From Paludibacteraceae bacterium (lineage in GTDB: Bacteria; Bacteroidota; Bacteroidia; Bacteroidales; Paludibacteraceae): a stretch of 64,000 bases of DNA. How positions within the stretch are numbered: the first letter of the stretch is position 1; the number at the start of each line of letters is the position of its first letter. Under the pieces are notes generated by a model. The model was not told the DNA's origin, ran no database searches, and saw only the letters and a program-made list of their open reading frames with translations. Positions 44,827-53,565 of this stretch are shown one piece after another. The stretch covers positions 22,655-86,654 of the forward strand of contig JAKSNK010000006.1 in NCBI GenBank assembly GCA_024399835.1, given 5' to 3'. Made by a program: the position numbers and the translations under genes.

Positions 44827-44874
44827 TGCCCTGAAATATTTTTAACGAACCTTGCGCCTGTGGCGCCCACTATT

Positions 44875-46332
44875 ATGGCAAACGACAAACAAACTCTAAT
44901 TGACGAGTTGAAAAATCTGCTCGAGCAGAATGTAAACGAAGTAAAAGAACAAGTCGAGGATCTGAAAAACAAATTCTATCGACAGTACCACGAAGAACAG
45001 GCAGCTCTCAAAAAAGCCGCCGAAGAAGCTGCTGCTGCCGCAGGAGAAGTACTCGACAACTGGCAACCTGCCATCGACGAAGTGGAACAGCAGTTCCGCG
45101 AACTGTTAGCCACCTACAAAGCAAAAAAAGCAGAAGTGCAAAAAGCCATTGAGCAGGAACAGGAACAGAACCTGCTGCGCAAGGAGAACATCATCGCACA
45201 AATGAAAGACATCGCCGAATCCGAAACTGCCGATGTCCTCGACAAAATGAAAAAAGTGCGCGAACTGCAAGCCGAATGGAAAACCATCGGGGCTGTTCCG
45301 CCTGCCAAAGCACAGGAAATTTGGAAACAGTACAACCAATACCAAGAGCAGTTTTACGACCTCGTCAAAATAAACATCGAACTTCGTGACCTCGACTTCA
45401 AAAAGAACCTCGAGATGAAAACACTCCTGTGCGAAGCCGCAGAGAAACTGAAAGACAACGAAAACATCATCGAAGCCAGTCGGGCATTACAGCAGTTACA
45501 CGACGAATGGGCTGAGATAGGTCCCGTAGCACGCGAACTGCGCGAAGAACTGTGGGCACGATTCAAAGAAGCCAGCACCATCATCAACAAAAAACACCAG
45601 GCGTACTTCGACTCACTTCACGCACAAGAACAGGACAACCTCGTCAAAAAGCAGGCACTCATCGAGCGGCTCAAAGCCCTCGACTGGTCCAACCTCAAGA
45701 GCAACAAAGCATGGGAAGACATGACTGCCGCCGTTCAAGCCATACAAAACGAATGGAGAGCCATCGGATTCGCTCCCAAGAAACATAACCAAGCCATCTA
45801 CGACGAATACAAAGCACTGACCGACGACTTCTACAAAGCCAAAACTGCCTTCTACAAGCAGATACGCGAGGTCTTCTCCGGCAACCTCAAGAAAAAACGC
45901 GAACTCATCGAGCGCGCCAAACAACTCGTTGACAGCGACGCTTGGCAGGAAACGCAGCAAGCACTCGTAGCCCTGCAAGCCGAATGGAAAACCATAGGAC
46001 CCGTGGCACACAAATACAGCGATGCCGTATGGCAGGAGTTTACGCAACTGTGCGACTCGTTCTTCAACCGCAAACGCGAAGCGGCTAAAGAAGCCAAAGC
46101 AGAGAGCAGAAAAGCACGCCTTGAAAGCCAAATCAACGGCAGCGACAAAGGCAAAATGATGCGACTCTACGAAAACCTCAAGCAGGAAATAAAAACCGCC
46201 GAAAACAACATACTCTTCTTCACCGGCAAATCGAAATCCGGCAACATACTCGTTGAGAACCTGCAGAAGAAGATTGATACGCTCAAGGCACAACTCAAAG
46301 AATTAGAAGACAAAATGTCGGCAGAGGAATAA
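44875..46332 (+). CDS. DUF349 domain-containing protein
   Basis: ORF 44824-46332 trimmed to ATG 44875 (MANDKQTLIDELK); at least four E-W-[KRA]-x-I-G-x-[VA] helical repeats typical of DUF349. Confidence 0.85.
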   Translation: MANDKQTLIDELKNLLEQNVNEVKEQVEDLKNKFYRQYHEEQAALKKAAEEAAAAAGEVLDNWQPAIDEVEQQFRELLATYKAKKAEVQKAIEQEQEQNLLRKENIIAQMKDIAESETADVLDKMKKVRELQAEWKTIGAVPPAKAQEIWKQYNQYQEQFYDLVKINIELRDLDFKKNLEMKTLLCEAAEKLKDNENIIEASRALQQLHDEWAEIGPVARELREELWARFKEASTIINKKHQAYFDSLHAQEQDNLVKKQALIERLKALDWSNLKSNKAWEDMTAAVQAIQNEWRAIGFAPKKHNQAIYDEYKALTDDFYKAKTAFYKQIREVFSGNLKKKRELIERAKQLVDSDAWQETQQALVALQAEWKTIGPVAHKYSDAVWQEFTQLCDSFFNRKREAAKEAKAESRKARLESQINGSDKGKMMRLYENLKQEIKTAENNILFFTGKSKSGNILVENLQKKIDTLKAQLKELEDKMSAEE

Positions 46333-47018
46333 TGGAACTGATTGATTACCAAAATGTAGAAATTCGTCAGCGCGAAGAGACCGTCTTGCGCAATGTCAAC
46401 CTGCGTATTCACAACGGCGACTTCGTCTATTTACTCGGCAAAGTCGGAAGCGGCAAATCTACGCTGATGAAAACTTTCTACGCCGAATTGCCCATCTACA
46501 GCGGAGATGCCACCTTCCTGGGATACGACTTATCCACTATCACTTTGGCACAAATACCCTACTTGCGCCGCAAAATAGGCGTCGTCTTTCAGGACTTTCA
46601 GTTGCTGCCAGACCGCTCCGTAGAAGACAATCTGCTGTTTGTGCTGCAAGCCACCGGGTGGAAAGACCGGCAGGTGATGCTCAACCACGCACACGACATG
46701 TTGGCACAAGTCGGAATGGCTGACAAGGGGTACAAAATGCCCTACCACCTCTCCGGAGGAGAACAGCAGCGTGTAGTCATTGCACGGGCACTACTCAATA
46801 CGCCGGATGTCATACTCGCCGACGAACCGACAGGCAACTTGGACCAGCAGACAGGAGAAGACATAATGAATCTGCTTTACGGCATTTCGCAGGCAGGTAT
46901 GACCGTTATCATGTCCACGCACAACCCCCGTTGGCCCGAGAAATACCCCGGACGGATGCTCTATTTCTCTAACGGGGAAATCAGCGAAGCCAATCCCAAC
47001 GACAAACAATCACTATGA
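46332..47018 (+). CDS. ftsE: ABC transporter ATP-binding protein, FtsE-like
   Basis: 228-aa ORF; Walker [10 protein letters not shown], signature LSGGEQQR, Walker B ILADEPT; no ftsX-like permease adjacent. Confidence 0.75.
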   Translation: MELIDYQNVEIRQREETVLRNVNLRIHNGDFVYLLGKVGSGKSTLMKTFYAELPIYSGDATFLGYDLSTITLAQIPYLRRKIGVVFQDFQLLPDRSVEDNLLFVLQATGWKDRQVMLNHAHDMLAQVGMADKGYKMPYHLSGGEQQRVVIARALLNTPDVILADEPTGNLDQQTGEDIMNLLYGISQAGMTVIMSTHNPRWPEKYPGRMLYFSNGEISEANPNDKQSL

Positions 47019-47542
47019 CACGAATAGCTTTACTATCCGATACACACGGCCTGCTGGATAAGCGGGTCGTGCCGTATTTGGAGGAGTGCGACGAGATTTG
47101 GCACGCCGGAGACATCGGTTCAATGGAAGTGCTGCAACGACTGCGGGAAACCAAACCCACTCGCGCCGTCTATGGCAATATGGACGGAGGAGATGTCAGA
47201 TACTCCCTAAGCGAGTTCTACCGCTTCCGAGTAGAAGATGTCAATGTGCTGATGACACACATAGGCGGATACCCGGGACGCTATAACCCGTGGCTCATTC
47301 CCATGTTTCAACAAGCCGCCGAAGAAAAAGCCGGCAATTTTCCCAAAGGCGGCATCGACCTGTTCGTCTGCGGACACTCGCATATACTAAAAGTACAATA
47401 CGACAAACAGTGGAATTTCCTCACAATGAACCCGGGAGCCGCCGGAAAAGAAGGATGGCAGACCGTACAGACCATTTTACGGTTCACTATTAACCAACAC
47501 GAAATCAAGGACTTAGAGGTTGTGGAACTTGCAAAAAGGTAA
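47015..47542 (+). CDS. metallophosphoesterase, YfcE/MJ0936 family
   Basis: 175-aa ORF; LSDTHG, HAGDIG, GNMD, GHSH motifs. Confidence 0.85.
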   Translation: MTRIALLSDTHGLLDKRVVPYLEECDEIWHAGDIGSMEVLQRLRETKPTRAVYGNMDGGDVRYSLSEFYRFRVEDVNVLMTHIGGYPGRYNPWLIPMFQQAAEEKAGNFPKGGIDLFVCGHSHILKVQYDKQWNFLTMNPGAAGKEGWQTVQTILRFTINQHEIKDLEVVELAKR

Positions 47543-47569
47543 AAACATGTTTTATAACATAAAAAAAAA

Positions 47570-47601
47570 TTTGGTCACCTCAAAAAAAAGCAGTACCTTT
47601 G
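47570..47601 (+). promoter_or_regulatory. sigma-A type promoter with no downstream CDS
   Basis: TTTG 47570-47573, 20-nt spacer, TACCTTTG 47594-47601. Confidence 0.45.
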
Positions 47602-47606
47602 CAATC

Positions 47607-47698
47607 GAAAACAAAACAACACAATCTTTTTTGTACCTTAAAAAAATAAAACAGACTAATACCTGTAAAGAAAAAGGGCGTCGCGATGACGCCCTTTT
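47607..47698 (+). ncRNA. candidate small RNA between convergent genes
   Basis: Full -33/-7 promoter at 47570-47601, located after the stop codon of the preceding gene. No plausible ORF follows. GC-rich hairpin plus U-tract at 47676-47698. Confidence 0.3.
47671..47698. terminator. bidirectional intrinsic terminator between yfcE-like gene and murA
   Basis: AAAAA, stem GGGCGTC/GACGCCC (47676-82/47688-94), TTTT. Confidence 0.75.
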
Positions 47699-47717
47699 CT
47701 GCTGTTTATACCTATCT

Positions 47718-49028
47718 TCAATCCTCCCGAATAATCTTTGCCCCGATGGCATTCAACCGTTCCTCTATGCGCTCATAACCACGGTCTATCTGGTCTATGT
47801 GGTCGATACGGCTAACTCCGTCTGCCGACATTGCGGCTATCAGCATTGCTATGCCTGCTCGGATATCCGGGCTGGTCATATTATTGTGCTTGAGTTGCAT
47901 CTTGCGGTTATGCCCTATCACGACTGCCCTGTGCGGGTCACACAAAATGATCTGCGCACCCATGTCTATCAGTTTATCGACAAAGAACAGACGGCTCTCA
48001 AACATCTTTTGGTGAATCAGTACACTACCCTCTGCCTGCGTAGCGACTACCAAGATAACACTCAGCAAGTCAGGAGTCAAACCCGGCCAGGGCGCATCGG
48101 AGATATTTAATATACTGCCGTCCAAAAAAGACTCGATACGGTAATGTTCCTGCCGAGGTATATATATATCATCTCCCTGCTGTATCACTTGAATACCCAA
48201 GCGGCGGAATGTTTCGGGAATAATGCCAAGGTCTTTATATCCTACATTATGGATGGTCAGTTCACTCCCCGTTATCGCCGCCATTCCGATAAAACTGCCT
48301 ACTTCAATCATATCCGGCAACAGCGTATGCTCCGTTCCATGCAACTCATCTACGCCTTCTATCGTCAGCAGATTGCTGCCTACGCCCCGTATTTTTGCCC
48401 CCATTCCGTTCAGCATACGGCACAACTGCTGCAAATAGGGTTCGCACGCGGCATTATAAATAGTCGTCACCCCCTTTGCCAGCACGGCAGCCATGATAAT
48501 ATTGGCAGTACCGGTTACAGACGCTTCGTCCAGCAGCATATAACTTCCCTGCAGCCCTTTGTCGGCAGAAAAAGTATATGCCAATATATCCGGACGATAC
48601 TCAAAGGTAGCACCCAAATTGAGCATTCCCTGGAAATGCGTGTCCAACCTGCGGCGACCTATCTTATCGCCTCCCGGCTTCGCATAAGTCACCTTTCCCA
48701 TTCGCGCCAACAGCGGTCCTATCAGCATAACCGAACCGCGCAGTTTGGCACAACGCTCACGATAATCCGAACTATCCAAATAGCGGACATCCAGTTCGCG
48801 TGCCGTAAAAGCATACTTGCGAGGCGACAAGCGGTTCACTTCCACGCCCATCAGCCGCAACAAATCTATCAGATTGTTAACATCCAATATATTCGGTATA
48901 TTGTCAATAACAACTGTCTCATGCGTCAGCAACACGGCGCACAACACCTGTAGCGCCTCGTTCTTTGCGCCGCTGGGAGTGATAGTCCCCTTTAATCGAT
49001 GTCCGCCTTCTACAATAAAACTTGCCAT
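47718..49028 (-). CDS. murA: UDP-N-acetylglucosamine 1-carboxyvinyltransferase
   Basis: 436-aa ORF; GAKNEAL, KPGGD.IGRR.LD motifs. Confidence 0.95.
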   Translation of the reverse strand: MASFIVEGGHRLKGTITPSGAKNEALQVLCAVLLTHETVVIDNIPNILDVNNLIDLLRLMGVEVNRLSPRKYAFTARELDVRYLDSSDYRERCAKLRGSVMLIGPLLARMGKVTYAKPGGDKIGRRRLDTHFQGMLNLGATFEYRPDILAYTFSADKGLQGSYMLLDEASVTGTANIIMAAVLAKGVTTIYNAACEPYLQQLCRMLNGMGAKIRGVGSNLLTIEGVDELHGTEHTLLPDMIEVGSFIGMAAITGSELTIHNVGYKDLGIIPETFRRLGIQVIQQGDDIYIPRQEHYRIESFLDGSILNISDAPWPGLTPDLLSVILVVATQAEGSVLIHQKMFESRLFFVDKLIDMGAQIILCDPHRAVVIGHNRKMQLKHNNMTSPDIRAGIAMLIAAMSADGVSRIDHIDQIDRGYERIEERLNAIGAKIIRED

Positions 49029-49045
49029 AATGAAGACCTTATATG

Positions 49046-50032
49046 TTATATATAGTTAACCTCCGGAGAGATAGTAATTCCGAATTTGTCTTCGACACTA
49101 CGGCTAATCGCCGCAGCCAACTCCGTTATATCCTCCGGCGTAGCGTGATTGCGGTTGACAATCACCAGCGGTTGCCGGTCGTACACCTGTGCGCCTCCTA
49201 TCGTCTTACCTTTCCAGCCACATTGCTCAATCAGCCACGCTGCAGGTATCTTCACTCCGTCTGTTTCGTCATAATGGGGGATAGTCGCCCATTGCTCTTT
49301 CAGTCGCTCATAGTGCGCCACCGGTATCACAGGGTTCTTAAAGAAACTGCCCGCACTGCCCAACTCGCTCACTTCCGGCAGTTTTTGCCTACGGATAGCC
49401 GTCACCGCCTCGCGCACCGCCATGGCATCGTTCAACGGTTCATGCCAATGCAGCCGTTCGGTTTGCAAAGGACCGTTCTTATGCAGACGATAAACGACCT
49501 TCGTTATGATATAGCGTCCTTGCCATTCGTTCTTGAAACGGCTGTCACGATAGCCGTAGCGGCACTGTTCGGGAGCAATCGTAACCACTTCCCCCGTGTG
49601 CACATCCACCGCTTCTATGCTATCTATCACATCCTTTGCCTCTACTCCGTACGCACCCACATTCTGCACGGCGCTGGCACCTACTGTGCCGGGTATATGG
49701 CTCAAGTTCTCCAGCCCTGTCAGGTTCATATCTGCCAATTGGGCTATCAAATCGTCCAACTTGAGTCCGCTCTCCGCCTCTACCCACACTTCCTGTCCGG
49801 TCTCTTTGAGTGCCTTGGCTCTGCACATGCGACTAATCAGTACAACTCCGTCAAAGTCCTTGGTAAAAAGCAGATTACTACCCTCCCCTACAGGCAACAG
49901 CACTTCGCCGCAATAGCGCTGCAACAGTTGTTGCAATTCCGCCACCGTTGCATATTCCGCCACCACTCGCGCACGAACATCCATGCGAAAAGTGTTATTG
50001 GGCAATACAGATATGTTTTCGCTGATTTTCAT
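49046..50032 (-). CDS. murB: UDP-N-acetylmuramate dehydrogenase
   Basis: 328-aa ORF; NTFRMD, GEGSN.LF, GSFFKNP motifs. Confidence 0.93.
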   Translation of the reverse strand: MKISENISVLPNNTFRMDVRARVVAEYATVAELQQLLQRYCGEVLLPVGEGSNLLFTKDFDGVVLISRMCRAKALKETGQEVWVEAESGLKLDDLIAQLADMNLTGLENLSHIPGTVGASAVQNVGAYGVEAKDVIDSIEAVDVHTGEVVTIAPEQCRYGYRDSRFKNEWQGRYIITKVVYRLHKNGPLQTERLHWHEPLNDAMAVREAVTAIRRQKLPEVSELGSAGSFFKNPVIPVAHYERLKEQWATIPHYDETDGVKIPAAWLIEQCGWKGKTIGGAQVYDRQPLVIVNRNHATPEDITELAAAISRSVEDKFGITISPEVNYI

Positions 50033-50928
50033 TATTCCGTTGTAGGCGTCACATCGGTACGGTGATACTCCTTCAGTCCCTCTATCGGGTCAACCATGAT
50101 ACGCGAAATGCTAAAGCCCATGTCGTCCAGCACTTGCTGCAGCACAGGGCGATAATAATACGCTATTCCACCTATAAAACCTACCGGCAAGGACTTTGTA
50201 TCTTCTATCTCGACATCGTTCTCGTCTTGATAGTACTGCTCCAAATTACGAACTACAAACTCCGTAAAATGGTCATATACAAGGTCATAAATACGCTTAT
50301 TGTCTATATGCTCTGCACAGAACTTACTCAATCCCGCCAAATATCTATTCGGGAACGGCTGACGATAGACATGCTCTATCACATCCGCTTGGGTCAAACC
50401 GAATTCGTCAATAAACTGCTGCTTCAGCTCGCTTCCCAATTGATTTTTGAATATGTCTGCCACCAATCGTTTACCCAATACGGCTCCACCGCCTTCATCC
50501 CCTAAGATAAAGCCCAGCGAAGGCACATTCTTAACGATTTGTTCGCCGTCATACAGGCAACTGTTCGACCCCGTTCCCAATATGCACGCTACGCCCTTCT
50601 TGTGCTGCAACAGCCCACGCGCTGCGCCAACTATATCGGGCTCAACAATGACCTCTGCGTCTTTAAAAATGCCTTGTAACGCACGCGCTACATAGGGACT
50701 TTTCTCGGGTGTACAGCCCGCTCCGTAAAAAAACACCTTAGTAACCGTTCCTGCCCACATGAGGTGTCCCATCTGAGGCAATAATTGATTGACTATACTG
50801 TTACGCATCGCATCCTGCGTTTGGTAAAAAGGATTGATGCCATCCGTCATAAAGTCACTCGACTGACCGTTGGCTGCCATCAGACACCAGTGGGTCTTCG
50901 TCGAACCTGAGTCTGCTATGATTATCAT
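50032..50928 (-). CDS. BadF/BadG/BcrA/BcrD-type ATPase, N-acetylglucosamine-kinase-like
   Basis: 298-aa ORF; N-terminal IIADSGSTKT phosphate-1 motif, ILGTGSN, GDEGGG motifs. Confidence 0.8.
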   Translation of the reverse strand: MIIIADSGSTKTHWCLMAANGQSSDFMTDGINPFYQTQDAMRNSIVNQLLPQMGHLMWAGTVTKVFFYGAGCTPEKSPYVARALQGIFKDAEVIVEPDIVGAARGLLQHKKGVACILGTGSNSCLYDGEQIVKNVPSLGFILGDEGGGAVLGKRLVADIFKNQLGSELKQQFIDEFGLTQADVIEHVYRQPFPNRYLAGLSKFCAEHIDNKRIYDLVYDHFTEFVVRNLEQYYQDENDVEIEDTKSLPVGFIGGIAYYYRPVLQQVLDDMGFSISRIMVDPIEGLKEYHRTDVTPTTE

Positions 50929-50947
50929 AAACTATTCAAATTTTGGG

Positions 50948-50979
50948 GCAAAGGTACAAAAAAAATCGCAAATATGCAA
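50948..50979 (-). promoter_or_regulatory. sigma-A type promoter for the GlcNAc-kinase-like/murB/murA unit
   Basis: Plus strand CAAAGGTA 50948-50955 and CAAA 50976-50979, spacer 20 nt. Confidence 0.65.
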
Positions 50980-50986
50980 ATAAAAA

Positions 50987-52006
50987 TCATTTTTTCCGAA
51001 GCAAACGGCTCTCCGGATAGTATGTCTGCAGAATAACCTCATAAGACATCCCCTTTTCTGCCATGACGGCAGCGCCTATCTGACACAACCCGACACCGTG
51101 TCCCCAGCCATGACCAATCAACTCAAAATATACTTGTCCGCCACTCTCGTACCGATGTATATCAAACCAACTGCTATATAGGCAACTGCGACTGAGTGCC
51201 TTGCGGATAGCCAACTCCTTGCCTATCGTTGCCGTTTGCCGGCTACCCGTAATCTGTAGTGCAGATATACGCCCGCTTGCGCCACGATGCAGCGGTTCAA
51301 GCGATTCTATCACACCGTAATCGACTCCCGTCTTAACGAGCAATACATCCCGCAACTCGTCTGCACTATAGATTACACGCCAATCATGAAAATCGCGCGT
51401 TTTTTGGTCGTAGTCATTCAGTACTTTGTGCAACACATGATTCGTCGCTTCGCCGCAATAAGGGCAGTCTATCGGCTGCAAATAGGGATAATCTCGGTCT
51501 TCCCAACAGGTAGAATAGCGTTCTGTCTTACCGCCACAACACTTATGATAACGGCAGTCGCAAATCGCATCATTCCACATCAACACTTGTCCTGCCGTAG
51601 CACGCACTGCCTCTACGGCACGACTATTCATTCGCCGCAGCCCCTCATAGCGCTGGCAATGGTCATCTGCACAGACATCAAACTCCGTATGCCCGGTATG
51701 ACCAATGGCACGCATCAGCCAACTGCGGGAAATGACTGCATGCGCCTTCAGCAACTCCATCGGACTGTCTGCAGACATCTCAGACGAAATGACCGAACAT
51801 AAATAATCCTCAATATCAATGGTATTAACCGCCGTTTCCGTTCCGTCTGCATGACGAATAATCTCCAATTCGCCGGCAAACTCCTGGTCTTCATAACTAT
51901 CCCAGTGAAAACCGATTCCGATACGAACATGCCTTAATAGAAAAGTATGTTCATAACACTCAAAATCAATATGCGGGGCTGTCAATATGCCGACTCTGAC
52001 TTGCAT
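50987..52006 (-). CDS. SpoIID/LytB domain protein
   Basis: 339-aa ORF; AVISRSW, DDHCQRYEG, HGVGLCQ.GA motifs. Confidence 0.8.
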   Translation of the reverse strand: MQVRVGILTAPHIDFECYEHTFLLRHVRIGIGFHWDSYEDQEFAGELEIIRHADGTETAVNTIDIEDYLCSVISSEMSADSPMELLKAHAVISRSWLMRAIGHTGHTEFDVCADDHCQRYEGLRRMNSRAVEAVRATAGQVLMWNDAICDCRYHKCCGGKTERYSTCWEDRDYPYLQPIDCPYCGEATNHVLHKVLNDYDQKTRDFHDWRVIYSADELRDVLLVKTGVDYGVIESLEPLHRGASGRISALQITGSRQTATIGKELAIRKALSRSCLYSSWFDIHRYESGGQVYFELIGHGWGHGVGLCQIGAAVMAEKGMSYEVILQTYYPESRLLRKK

Positions 52007-52015
52007 ACCGACCAG

Positions 52016-53398
52016 TTATTGCGCCGTGGCATTCATGGCGATACGCGCCTGCAGTTCCCATGTACGGATGCGGTCTTTGTACAGGTTATTGCGGTTCATT
52101 GCCTCAACATCACAGTTGGCATCCGAATTATCGTCCCAACGGCGGCAATTATACAATACATTGTAAATGCGCCCGATACGGTACTCGCGACATACACGCA
52201 AACCCACCGCATAGTCTTCACCATATTTGGTCGTAGGGAAATTCATTTCACGCAATAGCGGTGTCCAGAATGCACGAGGTGCTCCTAAACCATTGATACG
52301 CAGGGCATTGTTCCTACCGTTATCTTCCGTCCACTCTTTATGGTCAATCACCCCGGGAGGCAACGGATTGCCGTTGAAGTCCGTCAACTGATAAGTTCCA
52401 ACTACCATGGCGCAATTCTGCGCATGAAATGCCTCAATAAACTGCTGCACGGTGGTCTCATCGTAATACATATCGTCAGAATCCAACTGGATGGCAAACC
52501 TACCGCACTTACAATGATGGAATGCCGCATTCCAGTTTCCGCCAATGGCGTGCCAGGTAGTATCTTGCGCTATGTATATCAGTTCCGGCATATCCGGACA
52601 AGCAACTCGGTTCTGCCTATTCTCCTCTTGCAACCGGCGAATAACCTCTACCGTGCCATCGGTCGAATTATCGTCCACTACAATGACATTATACTTATAT
52701 GGCGCTTTTACCCGTTGGCTCAATGCGCTATGAATAGCATCGCCAATAGTACGCACACGGTTCTTACACGGAATAATCACCGATGCCTCGTATTCAAATT
52801 CGCCCTCGTGAATATCTACATTCTTAAATTTCGGATACAAATATCCGCCTATACGCTTGAGGTAGGCAGTCACGCACTGTTCCATTTCAATCTGAACGGC
52901 ACGGTTGCGCGGATCGACATAGTCAAACAATTTTTCTCCACTGGTACGCGTATCTTTCTCTACTTCGTAATAGAGAAACTCGTTGATATGCACCAGCTCA
53001 CCTCTTTCGCTCAAACGCAAGCGTAAATCATACCAACCGGCATACATATAGTCCTCGTTCATACTTTGAACGGCTGTCTTAAGTGCATCTGTGCGAACCA
53101 TCACTACGGCACCGAAATCAAAATCGTCACGCAGCGCACCCGACTGATAATCAATCACGGGCGCTTGATTGACCGAATACGAAGTATCAGCAGCCATCAC
53201 TTTATGAAAACGGTCACTATATGCCATTACGGCATGCGTATCACGCATGATTTGCTCCATACGCTCCATTCCGAAATGTATCCACTCGATATCCGGTTTC
53301 AAATAGAGCAAAGTGTAAGGCGTATCAACGGACTCGACAAGGTGGCGTATATCCCGACTGGAACACACACGACCGGAAAGATTAAATGCTGTTGTCAT
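52016..53398 (-). CDS. glycosyltransferase family 2 protein
   Basis: 460-aa ORF; VIIPCKN...VVDDNSTDGT and LDSDD motifs in the central GT-A domain; extra N-terminal domain of about 190 aa. Confidence 0.8.
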   Translation of the reverse strand: MTTAFNLSGRVCSSRDIRHLVESVDTPYTLLYLKPDIEWIHFGMERMEQIMRDTHAVMAYSDRFHKVMAADTSYSVNQAPVIDYQSGALRDDFDFGAVVMVRTDALKTAVQSMNEDYMYAGWYDLRLRLSERGELVHINEFLYYEVEKDTRTSGEKLFDYVDPRNRAVQIEMEQCVTAYLKRIGGYLYPKFKNVDIHEGEFEYEASVIIPCKNRVRTIGDAIHSALSQRVKAPYKYNVIVVDDNSTDGTVEVIRRLQEENRQNRVACPDMPELIYIAQDTTWHAIGGNWNAAFHHCKCGRFAIQLDSDDMYYDETTVQQFIEAFHAQNCAMVVGTYQLTDFNGNPLPPGVIDHKEWTEDNGRNNALRINGLGAPRAFWTPLLREMNFPTTKYGEDYAVGLRVCREYRIGRIYNVLYNCRRWDDNSDANCDVEAMNRNNLYKDRIRTWELQARIAMNATAQ

Positions 53399-53443
53399 AG
53401 ATTAAAATTCAATTAAAAAATACAAATTCTGCCGTAGCAGATG

Positions 53444-53475
53444 CAAAGGTAACTAAAATAATTGACAAAAGCAAA
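53444..53475 (-). promoter_or_regulatory. sigma-A type promoter for the GT2/SpoIID-like unit
   Basis: Plus strand CAAAGGTA 53444-53451 and CAAA 53472-53475, spacer 20 nt. Confidence 0.6.
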
Positions 53476-53503
53476 CAAATAGGTAAAAAAAATAACGAAT
53501 ATA

Positions 53504-53535
53504 TTTGCAAATATAGATTTTTTTTTGTATTTTTG
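53504..53535 (+). promoter_or_regulatory. sigma-A type promoter for murC-ftsQAZ
   Basis: TTTG 53504-53507, 20-nt spacer, TATTTTTG 53528-53535. Confidence 0.65.
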
Positions 53536-53565
53536 CACAATATTCGTAGTTTGCATAAAAAGACA

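Noticed and set aside
43630-44874. Chromosomal replication origin, or a known housekeeping RNA (RNase P RNA, tmRNA, SRP RNA, 6S RNA), in the large repeat-rich gap.
   Set aside because: - There are no consensus DnaA boxes (TTATCCACA); the closest is ATGTCCACA at about 43820. No dnaA or dnaN gene is nearby.
- The GAGGAAAGTCC (RNase P), GGGG...tag-ORF...CCACCA (tmRNA) and SRP domain IV motifs are absent on both strands.
- 6S RNA cannot be excluded by eye.
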